From NCBI GenBank assembly GCA_036381415.1, contig DASVCV010000003.1, forward strand, positions 4,162 through 68,161: a DNA stretch of 64,000 nucleotides, given 5' to 3'. How positions within the stretch are numbered: position 1 is the stretch's first letter; each line of letters opens with the position of its first letter. Position numbers and translations under genes: made by a program. The DNA is from Patescibacteria group bacterium. Lineage in GTDB: Bacteria > Patescibacteriota > Microgenomatia > UBA8517. Positions 27,017 to 36,452 of the stretch are shown here, piece by piece. Under the pieces are notes generated by a model. The model worked only from the letters and a program-made list of their open reading frames with translations, did not search any database and was not told the DNA's origin.

Positions 27017-28480
27017 ATGAAAGCAATAATCCTAGCTAGAGTATCTACTGAAGAACAAAAAGAGGCTGGAAATTCTTTACCTGCTCAACAAGCTAGGCTA
27101 AGAGCCTACATAGATAGAAAGTCCGATTTTCAATTAGTAAAAGAGTTTATATTTGATGAGTCAGCATATCAAGATAAAGAAAGGAAAAAATTTCAGCAGG
27201 TTGTTGATTATATTAGCAACCAAAAAGAAACAATTGCAGTTTGTTGCGATAAAGTAGATAGATTAAGCAGAGATTTTTTACTTGGTTTGCCTGCCTTAGA
27301 AAAGCTTAGAAGAATTGGTAAGATTGAATTGCACTTTCCTTCTGATAACTTAGTTATTCATAAAGATTCTCCTGCAACTGATCTATTTCACTACAATATT
27401 GCTTTGAGTTTGGCTCAATATTTTTCAAACGCTATTAGCGATAACGTCAAAAGAGCAATTGAACAAAAGCTCCGCAATGGTGAGTGGCCAGGTAAAGCTC
27501 CTTATGGATATAAAAATATAAGTATAAGCGAAGATAAAAAGGATATTATAGTGGATGAATTTACTTCAAGAGTTGTAAAGAAAATGTATGAGTGGTATTC
27601 AACGGGTGCCTATTCCCTACTCATTATTAGAAAGAAACTTAAAGAAGATCATAACATAGATTTTTCAAAGGGTTATATTGATGCAATTCTTAAAAATCCT
27701 TTCTATTGTGGTTTAATGCGTTTCAAAGGCGACCTTTACCCTCATAAATATGAACCTTTAATTTCTAAAGAGCTGTTTGATAAGGTGCAACAAATAAAGG
27801 CTGGGTATAACAAGAAGCATCATAAGTTTGCAGGGCTTCCCTACGCATATAGGGGCTTAATTCGCTGTGCTGTGTGCGGTTGTATGATAACCCCTGAGAA
27901 GCATAAAGGTCATATTTACTATCACTGCACACAATACAAAGGTAAGCATAAGATGGAATGGCTTAGAGAAGAAGATATAACCGAACAGTTTGCACAGTTA
28001 TTTAAAAAGCTACAGATACCACAAGAAATATTGGAAGATATCACAAACTCGCTTAAAAGCGTTCATAAGGGAAAAATTGAATACAGAGAGGAAGAGTTTA
28101 AAGCATTAAATGCGGAAAAGAATAAATACGCGAAAAGAATTGAACACTCATACGAGGATAGACTTGATGGGCGTATTACTGTAAATGAATATGACAAATA
28201 TCACACTGAGTTTAGAAATAAGATAAACGAAATTGATAGTAAATTAGCAAACTTACAGAAAGCAGAAGATGACTATTATTTGAGCGCAAAATACCTTCTG
28301 GAATTGGCAAACAGAGCTTCTGATTTATTCAAAAGTTCTGAAATTGAGGAAAGACGCCAACTTTTGAAGCTTACACTTCAGAACCTTACCTTGGATGGTA
28401 AAAAAGTCCGATTCCAAGCTCAAAAACCCTTTGATACAATCTTAAATTTCGCAGATAGTCCTTCTTGGCTCCCCCGGTAG
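27017..28480 (+). CDS. Large serine recombinase (integrase)
   Basis: ARVSTEEQ catalytic Ser, DRLSR, APYGY recombinase domain, CAVC..YYHC zinc ribbon, coiled coil; ends WLPR* inside tRNA. Confidence 0.93.
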   Translation: MKAIILARVSTEEQKEAGNSLPAQQARLRAYIDRKSDFQLVKEFIFDESAYQDKERKKFQQVVDYISNQKETIAVCCDKVDRLSRDFLLGLPALEKLRRIGKIELHFPSDNLVIHKDSPATDLFHYNIALSLAQYFSNAISDNVKRAIEQKLRNGEWPGKAPYGYKNISISEDKKDIIVDEFTSRVVKKMYEWYSTGAYSLLIIRKKLKEDHNIDFSKGYIDAILKNPFYCGLMRFKGDLYPHKYEPLISKELFDKVQQIKAGYNKKHHKFAGLPYAYRGLIRCAVCGCMITPEKHKGHIYYHCTQYKGKHKMEWLREEDITEQFAQLFKKLQIPQEILEDITNSLKSVHKGKIEYREEEFKALNAEKNKYAKRIEHSYEDRLDGRITVNEYDKYHTEFRNKINEIDSKLANLQKAEDDYYLSAKYLLELANRASDLFKSSEIEERRQLLKLTLQNLTLDGKKVRFQAQKPFDTILNFADSPSWLPR

Positions 28481-28727
28481 GATTCGAACCTACAACCTTA
28501 TTCTTACAGTACCCCTTCTGTTACCAAAAGGACTGGACTATCTCATCTCCCTTAATGGGAGTCGGGTATATAGTCTCTACACATTTACTCTATTTAAAAA
28601 TAGAGATTTAGCTCGGGATTATCCTTTTTACAGGATTTCCCCGAATTAGCCCGATTTTACATTCTGCATTACTACAGAACGCTGCCTAACTTGACAGGAA
28701 TCTGCTCTGCCGTTGAGCTACAGGGGA
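28466..28727 (-). tRNA. tRNA-Asn(GTT), intron-containing (exons 28694-28727 and 28466-28506)
   Basis: Spliced TCCCCTG TA GCTC AACGGCA GAGC A GATTC CTGT|TAA GAATA AGGTT GTAGG TTCGAAT CCTAC CGGGGGA G CCA folds as a cloverleaf. Confidence 0.9.
28507..28693 (-). ncRNA. Group I self-splicing intron (187 nt, no ORF)
   Basis: P1 CTGT|C-AAGTTA-GGCAG with U.G at splice site; P AATTCGGGGAAA, Q AATCCCGAGC, R GTAGAGACTA, S GATAGTCC; terminal G. Confidence 0.9.
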
Positions 28728-28861
28728 ATGTTAATGAACAGGCTTATTATATCAGATTTTAGTTAAACTGCTATTGCTTTTAACTCATCTATGATACTAA
28801 AATGAATTTCCAGAGCATAGTAAAAGCTCTGGGTTTTTTGTGCATTGAAAGGAGGTGAAAA

Positions 28862-29029
28862 ATGGAGAGACAAGATTTGATTTTTGAGCCGTCTGGATTG
28901 GTTAAGGATCCTAATAACAAAGAGGAACTTGAGTTTTGGGGGCATGATGGAGGTGAATTTGTTCCTAAAAAGAGCGAAGAAGAGTCTGGGTCTAATAAAG
29001 AAAAAAAGTTAGAAACCGTAGGCGCTTAA
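28862..29029 (+). CDS. Small acidic hypothetical protein (55 aa)
   Basis: Strong SD AAAGGAGGTGA before ATG; MERQDLIFEPSGLVKDPNNKEELEFWGHDGGEFVPKK... Confidence 0.5.
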   Translation: MERQDLIFEPSGLVKDPNNKEELEFWGHDGGEFVPKKSEEESGSNKEKKLETVGA

Positions 29030-29911
29030 AGGAGCATTGCCTATTCTAATTCTTGGAAGAGTAAATCTTTTCTGTTTACACATAGTAGAACCTGGAACAG
29101 TTGTAAAAGCTAGTTTGTAATTTAAAGACTGCAATATACTAATTGCATAATCTGCATAATTTCCATATGGATAGGCAAAAACAAGACCCTGATTTAAACC
29201 ATGCTCCTTAAGCTGAGTATCTGCTGTTTCTATTTCTTTTTTGTCTACATCAAATGATACTGCTACAGAGTGATGACTCCAGGTATGATTGGCAATGTAT
29301 ACAAGTCCTGAGTTTGCAGCTTCTTGTACTTGGTCCCAGGTGAGAAATTCTTGATTGTTTACTAATCCAGTGGGTAGAAACAAAGTTGCTTTAAAACCAA
29401 ATTCTTTTAAGACGGGAAGGGCATTTGCTGCAAAGTCATCATACCCATCATCAAAAGTAATAAGTATTGAGTTGCTTGGAACAGATGCTCCACTATCAAA
29501 GAAGCTGGTAAGTACTTCAGGAGAAACAGGAGTGTAGCCTTTGTCTTTAAGATACTGCATTTGGCTTCTAAAATCTCCTGGGTCTACTGAAAGACCTAGG
29601 TCCCCTTTTGATCTAGCTACATCCAAGTTTCTAATGTGGTGATACATAATGGTTGGTAAATGAACACAAGGTCCATATAGTTTATTTCGTTCTTCAAAAG
29701 TAAGAGGCTTAGGGGTAGGAGTCGGAGTTGGGACAGAGGTTGGTGTGGGAGATGGTGTAGAAAGATTTGCATCACTTTTTTGAAGGAAGGGTGGCAATTC
29801 TAACCTTCCTGCTTTTGTAAGAGCCACTCCTCCAAAGCCTAAAAAGAGACCTATTACTACAAGAATAACTACATGCTGAGAGATGATGATATTTTTTAAT
29901 TTTGGCAACAT
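29009..29911 (-). CDS. Polysaccharide deacetylase (CE4/NodB), membrane anchored
   Basis: IMYHH, ITFDDGY, NHTWSH, FAYPYG, LPRIRI. Confidence 0.9.
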   Translation of the reverse strand: MLPKLKNIIISQHVVILVVIGLFLGFGGVALTKAGRLELPPFLQKSDANLSTPSPTPTSVPTPTPTPKPLTFEERNKLYGPCVHLPTIMYHHIRNLDVARSKGDLGLSVDPGDFRSQMQYLKDKGYTPVSPEVLTSFFDSGASVPSNSILITFDDGYDDFAANALPVLKEFGFKATLFLPTGLVNNQEFLTWDQVQEAANSGLVYIANHTWSHHSVAVSFDVDKKEIETADTQLKEHGLNQGLVFAYPYGNYADYAISILQSLNYKLAFTTVPGSTMCKQKRFTLPRIRIGNAPLSAYGF

Positions 29912-29944
29912 TTTGTCTACTTAACAGTATATATTATTTTCTCT

Positions 29945-31021
29945 TTACTCTGCTAAATAATCTTGAAGCTTTCTTCTTCTTGAAGGGTGTCTTAATTTTC
30001 TTAGCGCCTTTGCTTCAATTTGTCTTATTCTTTCCCTTGTTACACCAAATACTTTACCTACATCTTCCAAGGTCTTTGGATCTCCACCTTCAAGACCAAA
30101 CCTATAGATAAGAACTTTGGCTTCTCTTTCTGAAAGAGTAGAAAGAATTTCATTAAGGTGGTCTTTAAGAAGCTGGCGGGAAGCTGCTTCAACTGGGGAA
30201 ACCTGGGATTCATCTTCAATGAAATCTCCAAGAGAGCTTTCTTCATCTTCACCAACTGGTGTTTGGAGTGAAGTAGTTTCTTGAGAGATCTTAAAGATTT
30301 CTCTTACTCTATCTCCACTTATTCCTAATTCTTCTCCAATTTCTTCAGGAGTTGCTTCACGGCCAAGATCCTGCATAAGTCTTTGGGAAGTCCTATAGAG
30401 CTTATTTATGGTTTCCACCATGTGGACTGGAATACGGATGGTGCGAGCCTGATCAGCAATTGCACGAGTTATTGCCTGCCTAATCCACCAGGTAGCATAG
30501 GTTGAAAACTTATACCCTCTTCTCCAGTCATACTTCTCAACTGCTCTTATAAGTCCTTGGTTTCCTTCTTGTATAAGATCAAGAAGAGATAGACCACGGC
30601 CTATATACTTTTTAGCAATGGAAACAACTAAACGAAGGTTTGACTCTGTAAGCTTGTCTTTTGCTCTTTTGTCAGCTTTTTCAAATCTCTTGGCAAGTTC
30701 TACTTCTTCTTCTGCATCAAGAAGAGCAAACTTACCAATTTCTCTTAAGTACTGCCTAACAGGATCTGTTGACTCTGGGCCTTCAATTTTGGAAAGAATT
30801 TCAATTTCTTGTTCAAGGTTGGCTTGGGCTCCTTCTTCATCTTCTTGTGGAGTGACTGATTCAAAGACATCTACACCTTCATCTAGAAGCTGGCCATACA
30901 GAAGATCTAATTCCTCTATTCTTTTTTCAGCATCGGGAAATGCAACCAGGATATCTTCCTGAGTAAGAAAGCCTTGGTCTTTTCCTTTTTTAATTAGGTC
31001 TTGGGTAATTTTTCTAAGCAT
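29945..31021 (-). CDS. rpoD: RNA polymerase primary sigma factor
   Basis: [69 protein letters not shown]. Confidence 0.96.
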   Translation of the reverse strand: MLRKITQDLIKKGKDQGFLTQEDILVAFPDAEKRIEELDLLYGQLLDEGVDVFESVTPQEDEEGAQANLEQEIEILSKIEGPESTDPVRQYLREIGKFALLDAEEEVELAKRFEKADKRAKDKLTESNLRLVVSIAKKYIGRGLSLLDLIQEGNQGLIRAVEKYDWRRGYKFSTYATWWIRQAITRAIADQARTIRIPVHMVETINKLYRTSQRLMQDLGREATPEEIGEELGISGDRVREIFKISQETTSLQTPVGEDEESSLGDFIEDESQVSPVEAASRQLLKDHLNEILSTLSEREAKVLIYRFGLEGGDPKTLEDVGKVFGVTRERIRQIEAKALRKLRHPSRRRKLQDYLAE

Positions 31022-31081
31022 AAGTTTCCTTCCTTGCTTATTAGCATTATTTACGCAAGAAAAGCGAGAGCACACTCTCGC

Positions 31082-32869
31082 CTACTTGGTTTTCCCTATT
31101 ATACGCTCAAAATCAACGTCTTTAAAGCCCTTTAACTTTGCAGACAGATTTTCATACTCTTTTTGAGCTTTAGGGTCATTGTTTTCGGCTATACGCCGTA
31201 AGACTTTTTTAAGCCTTTGCTTGGTATCAAGGGTAAAAAGTTCTTTAAAAGTGAGCTTTAGCTCCTTTTGACAATCAACACCATCTTCTACCCCTTTAAA
31301 CACTAATACGCCAAATCCTTCAAAAAGTTCCACTGGAAGGCTTTCAGAAAAGCTTTTAAGGTTAAATTCAGAGTGAGATGAGAGAAATAAAGAGGCTTCT
31401 TGGACTATTCTTTTTATGAGAGGAGTTGTAAAAAATGAACTAATTTCTTCATTTTGAAAGATATGAGGATCATACTGAAAAATAAGACTGGCAAAGCGCT
31501 CTTCAATAAGTTCTCTTCTTGTTTTTGATTTTTCAACTTCAGGTACAGGAAGTGTTTTTTCATCTTTTTTAGCATCATTTGCCTCTTTGGGAGTATGTCT
31601 TACAAGTTCTTCTACTACTGCTTCATCTGGAATATCAAGTCTTTTTGCTACTAAATCAATGTAGTGAGCTTGAACAATTTTATCTGGAATGGAGGCAAGA
31701 ATAGGAGTTACTTCCCTACTAATTTTTGCTACATCTGCATCTTCTTTTCCTTCATGCTTTGAAAATACTAAGTCTAAAAGGAAATCCCAAATTCCGATTG
31801 TTTTTTTAAGTGCATCTTTATAACCTGCAGGGTCTGCACGAGCTGCATCATCTGGATCTTTATATTTAGTAAGTCTTAAAACTTTAATATCAAATCCAAA
31901 TTCATTAAGAATAGTAATTCCACGCCTTGCTGCTTCTCCTCCTGCAAAATCAGAATCTAGTGCCAAGACCACTTCTTTTGCAAAACGGGAAAGGATTCTT
32001 CCTTGGTCAGCAGTAACTGCAGATCCTTTAATTGCAACAACATTTCTAATTCCAATTTGCCAGGAAGAAATTAAATCAAGCTCTCCTTCAACAATCAATG
32101 CAGTGCCACTTTTTTTAATGTCAGGACGAGTAATGTTGAGTCCATATAATGTGGCACCTTTGTGATAAATAGGAGTTTCTGGGGAATTTATGTACTTGGC
32201 TGAATCTGGTCTTTCATAGTTAGGTAAAATGCGTCCGGCAAGAGCAAGAGTGTTGCCACGGTAATCAAGAATTGGAAAGATTGCTCTTCCTCTAAATCTG
32301 TCTAAGTAACTTCCTCTTACTTTAATAGCAAGGCCTGCTTTTTCAACATCAGCGGGTTTAAATTTCTTTTTGTTTACTAGGAAATTAAAAAGAGTGGAAG
32401 GATTATTAGGGGCAAAACCTAAATTAAAAGTTTCAATTGTTTCTTTTTTTAGTCCCCTTTTCTCACTTAAATAAGCTAGAGCATCAGTTCCAATTTTATG
32501 TTTAGTTAAAAGAAAATTATAGAATTTGGCTGCAAGAGCATTAAGTTCATATAACACTTCTTTTCCTGACTTATCCTGAAAAGAAGACCTTTCAAGTTTA
32601 ATACCGGCTCTATCTGCTAAATACTTTAAAGCTTCTCCAAAATCCATTCCTTCCTGTTTTTCAAGAAAAGAAAAAACGTCCCCACCCTCACCACATCCAA
32701 AACATTTATAAATTTGAAGTTCTGGAGAGACCATGAAGGAAGGAGACTTTTCAGAATGGAATGGACAGAGTCCTTTAAAGTTAGATCCAGCTTTTTTTAA
32801 GACAACATGCTCTCCAATAATTGCAACAATGTCTGTTTTTTGTTTTATTTCTTCAATCTGATCTGCCAT
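31082..32869 (-). CDS. dnaG: DNA primase
   Basis: CPFHSEKSPSF...CFGC zinc finger, DRFRGR, KYINSPET, TOPRIM VEG..D / DSDFAG. Confidence 0.96.
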   Translation of the reverse strand: MADQIEEIKQKTDIVAIIGEHVVLKKAGSNFKGLCPFHSEKSPSFMVSPELQIYKCFGCGEGGDVFSFLEKQEGMDFGEALKYLADRAGIKLERSSFQDKSGKEVLYELNALAAKFYNFLLTKHKIGTDALAYLSEKRGLKKETIETFNLGFAPNNPSTLFNFLVNKKKFKPADVEKAGLAIKVRGSYLDRFRGRAIFPILDYRGNTLALAGRILPNYERPDSAKYINSPETPIYHKGATLYGLNITRPDIKKSGTALIVEGELDLISSWQIGIRNVVAIKGSAVTADQGRILSRFAKEVVLALDSDFAGGEAARRGITILNEFGFDIKVLRLTKYKDPDDAARADPAGYKDALKKTIGIWDFLLDLVFSKHEGKEDADVAKISREVTPILASIPDKIVQAHYIDLVAKRLDIPDEAVVEELVRHTPKEANDAKKDEKTLPVPEVEKSKTRRELIEERFASLIFQYDPHIFQNEEISSFFTTPLIKRIVQEASLFLSSHSEFNLKSFSESLPVELFEGFGVLVFKGVEDGVDCQKELKLTFKELFTLDTKQRLKKVLRRIAENNDPKAQKEYENLSAKLKGFKDVDFERIIGKTK

Positions 32870-32948
32870 GGAGTTAGGTTGATTTTAGCACAAATACCGA
32901 AAAAATAATGAAGCTCTAGTGAAATTATAAAAATGTGGAGTAGAATAC

Positions 32949-33713
32949 TTGGAAAAGATGAACGAGAGAAAAGACCGCGCACAAACTAACTTGCTTAAGG
33001 ATTACTTTATAAGAAATGGAGTAGAACTTGTACTTTTTGACTTGGATGATACGCTTTTAAAAACCCACCAAGTTTTTGTTGACCAGATTTCAGCTTATTA
33101 TAAACATATTGCTTCATGCATTCCTGATATAGACATGGCACGTCTTATCCAAATTTTTGAAAAGGCAAACATAGATGTTTTTAGCATAAGTAGTGTTAAT
33201 CCAAATAGATGGGAGCATGTGGTTTATAGACTAAAAAGTTATTTTCCTTCAAATCCAGCTCCATTTGAATCTGGCAGGGATATCTTAATGCAGATATACA
33301 ATGTTGTTCCTGAATTGGAAGAAGGAGCAATTGAAACCCTTGAAGTTTTTTCAGAGACTGGAATACCTTTAGAATTAGTAACTCATGCAAACGAAGCTTG
33401 GACATATTTTAAACTTGATAATACAGGGCTTAGGAAATATTTTAGAGAACCTAATGTTATCAGTCAGGATGGATATAAAACTTCTGAAGAGTGGAGAAGG
33501 GTAATATCAAGAAGAAAAGTAAATCCAAATTCAGTTATGGTGATTGGAGATAACATTGAAGGAGATATTATTTCTTCAAACAAGGCAGGTGTAACAAAGC
33601 TAGTGTGGGTGAATTGTAAAGACGGGTGGAGCCGTTTTAAACAAGGAGAGGTGCCAGAAGGAACAATTAAGATTAAAGGGGTAAATGAATTAGTTAATAC
33701 CTTATTGAAGTGA
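32949..33713 (+). CDS. HAD-family hydrolase
   Basis: FDLDDTL, MVIGDNIEGDI. Confidence 0.85.
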   Translation: MEKMNERKDRAQTNLLKDYFIRNGVELVLFDLDDTLLKTHQVFVDQISAYYKHIASCIPDIDMARLIQIFEKANIDVFSISSVNPNRWEHVVYRLKSYFPSNPAPFESGRDILMQIYNVVPELEEGAIETLEVFSETGIPLELVTHANEAWTYFKLDNTGLRKYFREPNVISQDGYKTSEEWRRVISRRKVNPNSVMVIGDNIEGDIISSNKAGVTKLVWVNCKDGWSRFKQGEVPEGTIKIKGVNELVNTLLK

Positions 33714-33714
33714 G

Positions 33715-33798
33715 CGGAAGGGACAGGATTCGAACCTGCGAGGGCTTGCGCCCACACGCTCTCCAAGCGTGCGCCTTGAACCGCTCGGCCACCCTTCC
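33715..33798 (-). tRNA. tRNA-Ser(GGA)
   Basis: GGAAGGG...CACGC TT GGA GA GCGTG, long variable arm, GGTTCGAATCC. Confidence 0.95.
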
Positions 33799-34239
33799 CT
33801 ATTTTTTCTTTTTCTTTTTTTCTGCCTCTAATTTTTTAAGAAGGTCACGAGCTCCCCTTAACATGGCTTGGTCTCTTTTGGTGGTAAGCTTTTTAATAGC
33901 TTTTCCATATTCAAACCAATCATATGCAGCAAAACCTAGTACTTCTTTTCCTTCTTTATTAATCATTAAGTAATAAAGATACCTTTGAGGAACGGTGCGC
34001 CCTCCAAGCATTGCAGCTCCTCCACCACGGCCTACTTCTTCAAGGACTTTTGCTCTCATTCCACCTTGCTCACCCATGGCTCTAATTACTGCTCTAACTG
34101 AAGACTCTCCCCTTCTTGCAGTGGTTTTGGGAAGTTCCCAATCAGAATCTTCTTTTTGTTTTACAAGAAACCAAGTTGTTTTACCATTTGCCTTGCGGTA
34201 AACAACTGCTGCTCCTACTAATAATATTTTTTCTTTCAT
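33799..34239 (-). CDS. NUDIX-fold protein
   Basis: WELPK...GESSVRAVIR..GEQGG degenerate Nudix box. Confidence 0.7.
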   Translation of the reverse strand: MKEKILLVGAAVVYRKANGKTTWFLVKQKEDSDWELPKTTARRGESSVRAVIRAMGEQGGMRAKVLEEVGRGGGAAMLGGRTVPQRYLYYLMINKEGKEVLGFAAYDWFEYGKAIKKLTTKRDQAMLRGARDLLKKLEAEKKKKKK

Positions 34240-34252
34240 TTTTTCAATTATG

Positions 34253-34324
34253 TGTCCCTGGTCAGAATTGAACTGACATCAAAGGTTCCGGAAACCTTTA
34301 CTTTATCCATTAAGCTACAGGGAC
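34253..34324 (-). tRNA. tRNA-Arg(CCG)
   Basis: GTCCCTG...AAGGT TT CCG GA ACCTT...GTTCAATTC. Confidence 0.9.
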
Positions 34325-34352
34325 TTATTATACTCTACTTTGTAGCCTAATG

Positions 34353-34435
34353 CGGAGAGGACAGGACTCGAACCTGCAAGGGCTTACGCCCGCCGGTTTT
34401 CGAAACCGGTACCTTACCATTCGGTACACCTCTCC
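34353..34435 (-). tRNA. tRNA-Ser(CGA)
   Basis: GGAGAGG...CCGGT TT CGA AA ACCGG, long variable arm. Confidence 0.95.
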
Positions 34436-34449
34436 TTAATTTTAATTTG

Positions 34450-34521
34450 TGCACCCGCCCAGAGTCGAACTGGGATCAAAAGCTCCGCAAGCTTGTACTC
34501 TATCCATTGAGCTACGGGTGC
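34450..34521 (-). tRNA. tRNA-Arg(GCG)
   Basis: GCACCCG...CAAGC TT GCG GA GCTTT...GTTCGACTC. Confidence 0.9.
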
Positions 34522-34524
34522 AAG

Positions 34525-35076
34525 TTATTTATTACCCGGCATCCTTTTTGAAACCCAGATGGTTGCTTTATCTATATATGAAGGTGGAATTTCTTCATGT
34601 ACTAAGTACTCTGAAATTTCCTTTTTAATTTCATCCTTCACACTAGAATTAACAACCACTTCTAGACGGCCAGGCAGAGTTACTGTTTCTACAACCAAAA
34701 GTTCACTGTCAAACCTTTTAGTAAACCAAAATCTTCCCATTACATCCCAAGATGTGGTCTTACCTGCCACATTTATTCCTTTATTAGTAATTTTGTACTG
34801 GATGTTTTCAGGCTCTACAGTACTCATTACATAGAAAAGAAATACAAGAGAAATTATTAGAATTACAGGTAAAAAGCCTTCTATTAAAAAAAGAACAAAT
34901 CCGGCAACAGCTGCCATTGCTATCACTGTTACAAAAAACTCTTTGTTTCTTCTTTTAAAAGGCCTTGCTGGCGCGGTCCAAGTTACCAAGTCTTTTTCAG
35001 GCTCAGATTTCATCACTTCTGGCTTTGTATTTTGGTTTTCTGGTAATGTGCTACTTTCTTTTTCAATGGCAGGCAT
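34525..35076 (-). CDS. Conserved 2-TM membrane protein (CPR-type)
   Basis: WTAPARPFKRR, 2 TM, YKITNKGI...RFWF. Confidence 0.7.
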   Translation of the reverse strand: MPAIEKESSTLPENQNTKPEVMKSEPEKDLVTWTAPARPFKRRNKEFFVTVIAMAAVAGFVLFLIEGFLPVILIISLVFLFYVMSTVEPENIQYKITNKGINVAGKTTSWDVMGRFWFTKRFDSELLVVETVTLPGRLEVVVNSSVKDEIKKEISEYLVHEEIPPSYIDKATIWVSKRMPGNK

Positions 35077-35144
35077 ATTAACCCATATTATACGCTAGTT
35101 TAGGGTACGTTCCAAGCTTACAATCTGATATAATGTGCTTGTTT

Positions 35145-35230
35145 GGAGGGTATCCCGAACGGCTCAGGGAATGGTTTGCTAAACCATAACGTTTAATTGC
35201 GTTAGGTGGGTTCGACTCCCGCACCCTCCG
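35145..35230 (+). tRNA. tRNA-Ser(GCT)
   Basis: GGAGGGT...ATGGT TT GCT AA ACCAT, long variable arm; TGATATAAT upstream. Confidence 0.93.
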
Positions 35231-35262
35231 CACTAAGCCAAATTTGCTATAATCTACTATAG

Positions 35263-35353
35263 GGTGAGGTGTCCGAGAGGCCGATGGAGTTAGTCTTGAA
35301 AACTAATGTAGCGAATTTCGTTACCGTGGGTTCGAATCCCACCCTCACCGCCA
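35263..35353 (+). tRNA. tRNA-Ser(TGA)
   Basis: GGTGAGG...TTAGT CT TGA AA ACTAA, long variable arm, encoded CCA; TGCTATAAT upstream. Confidence 0.95.
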
Positions 35354-35355
35354 AC

Positions 35356-35967
35356 TTACGAGGCCATAGTTAAACCTATTGTTTCTTTTGCTCCATTTTC
35401 TTTTAATACTTTTTCTACTTCTTTAATTGTTGAACCAGTTGTAGCTACATCATCAAATATAACGTAGAAAAAATCAGGCTCAATTTTTTCTTTCCAGGCG
35501 TGATTTACCGCAAATTTACCGCGTAAATTCCGCAGCCTTTCTTCCTTTGCCAGTTCAACTTGAGGCTGACTGGCTTCAGTTTTTGCTATGAGGTCTGGGT
35601 TGAATTTCCAACCAAAATCTTTAGCTATCTTTTTTCCCATCATTTCAGCCTGATTAAAACCTCTCCAGTTTTGTCTTTGTTTGTGGAGTGGGACTGGAAC
35701 TAGAATTAGGTTTTTTGGAAATGAGAAGTTTTTCCTTTTAAGTTCTAGAATGGTTAGTTTTGCTAATTCTTCCCCTACTTCAAAGGCAAACTTGTATTTT
35801 AAGGCTAGAATGGCCTGTTTAATGACTCCTTCATAATTCCAAATGGAGATTATATTTTCTTGGTTTTGAGAATACCTTACTTTAGATAGACAGCTGCCAC
35901 AGATATACTTCCCTTCTTTTTTACAGGTTAAGCATCTTTTGGGAAATACTATATCTAGGACAGACAC
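35356..35967 (-). CDS. comF: ComF family competence protein (zinc ribbon + PRTase)
   Basis: FPKRC..C...C..C, VPVPLH, RGFNQAE, DDVATTGST. Confidence 0.88.
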   Translation of the reverse strand: MSVLDIVFPKRCLTCKKEGKYICGSCLSKVRYSQNQENIISIWNYEGVIKQAILALKYKFAFEVGEELAKLTILELKRKNFSFPKNLILVPVPLHKQRQNWRGFNQAEMMGKKIAKDFGWKFNPDLIAKTEASQPQVELAKEERLRNLRGKFAVNHAWKEKIEPDFFYVIFDDVATTGSTIKEVEKVLKENGAKETIGLTMAS

Positions 35968-35988
35968 CTCATGTACAATATACCTAAT

Positions 35989-36447
35989 ATGAAAACTAAC
36001 AGCAAAGCTAAGCCAGTAAGACTATTTAACAAGAGGGCTAAGTTTAACTATGAGCTTGGGAAGAAATATGAGGCTGGAATAGTACTTTCCGGAGGGGAGG
36101 CTAAATCAGTGCGTACTGGGCACTGTGATCTGTCCCGCTCATACGTTAAGATCATGAATAATGAGGCTTATTTAATTAATGCCAATATTCCTGTAGCTGG
36201 GGCTTTAAACTATGACTCAACAAGAACCCGCAAGCTCCTTTTACATAGGTCAGAAATATCAGATATTGAGACTAATCTGAAGCAGAAAAAATTGACTATT
36301 GTGCCTATCAGTGTGTATACTAAGGGACGCTTAATTAAGGCTGAAATAGCCTTGGGTAAGCCCAAAAAGACGTTTGAGAAAAAAGCCTCTATAAAGCAAA
36401 AAGATATCAAAAGGGATATTGAGCGGGAGGCAAGAGTTAAAGAGTAG
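35989..36447 (+). CDS. smpB: SsrA-binding protein
   Basis: NKRAKFNY, YEAGIVL.GGEAKSVR, RTRKLLLH. Confidence 0.95.
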   Translation: MKTNSKAKPVRLFNKRAKFNYELGKKYEAGIVLSGGEAKSVRTGHCDLSRSYVKIMNNEAYLINANIPVAGALNYDSTRTRKLLLHRSEISDIETNLKQKKLTIVPISVYTKGRLIKAEIALGKPKKTFEKKASIKQKDIKRDIEREARVKE

Positions 36448-36452
36448 TTCAT

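Larger units (their letters stand above)
15854..28475. mobile_element. Integrative element at tRNA-Asn 3' end (serine recombinase, Rep, HTH/xis, RM, TA, cargo operon)
   Basis: Direct-repeat core GCTCCCCC at 15854-15861 and 28468-28475; recombinase ORF ends within tRNA; mobile-element gene content. Confidence 0.8.

Noticed and set aside
15854-28475. Prophage
   Set aside because: No terminase, capsid, portal or tail genes; the holin-family gene at 12060 is a common YvlD-like membrane protein outside the island
28507-28693. tRNA pseudogene disrupted by island insertion or homing endonuclease
   Set aside because: Insert has group I core elements, no ORF, and precise removal restores a canonical tRNA-Asn
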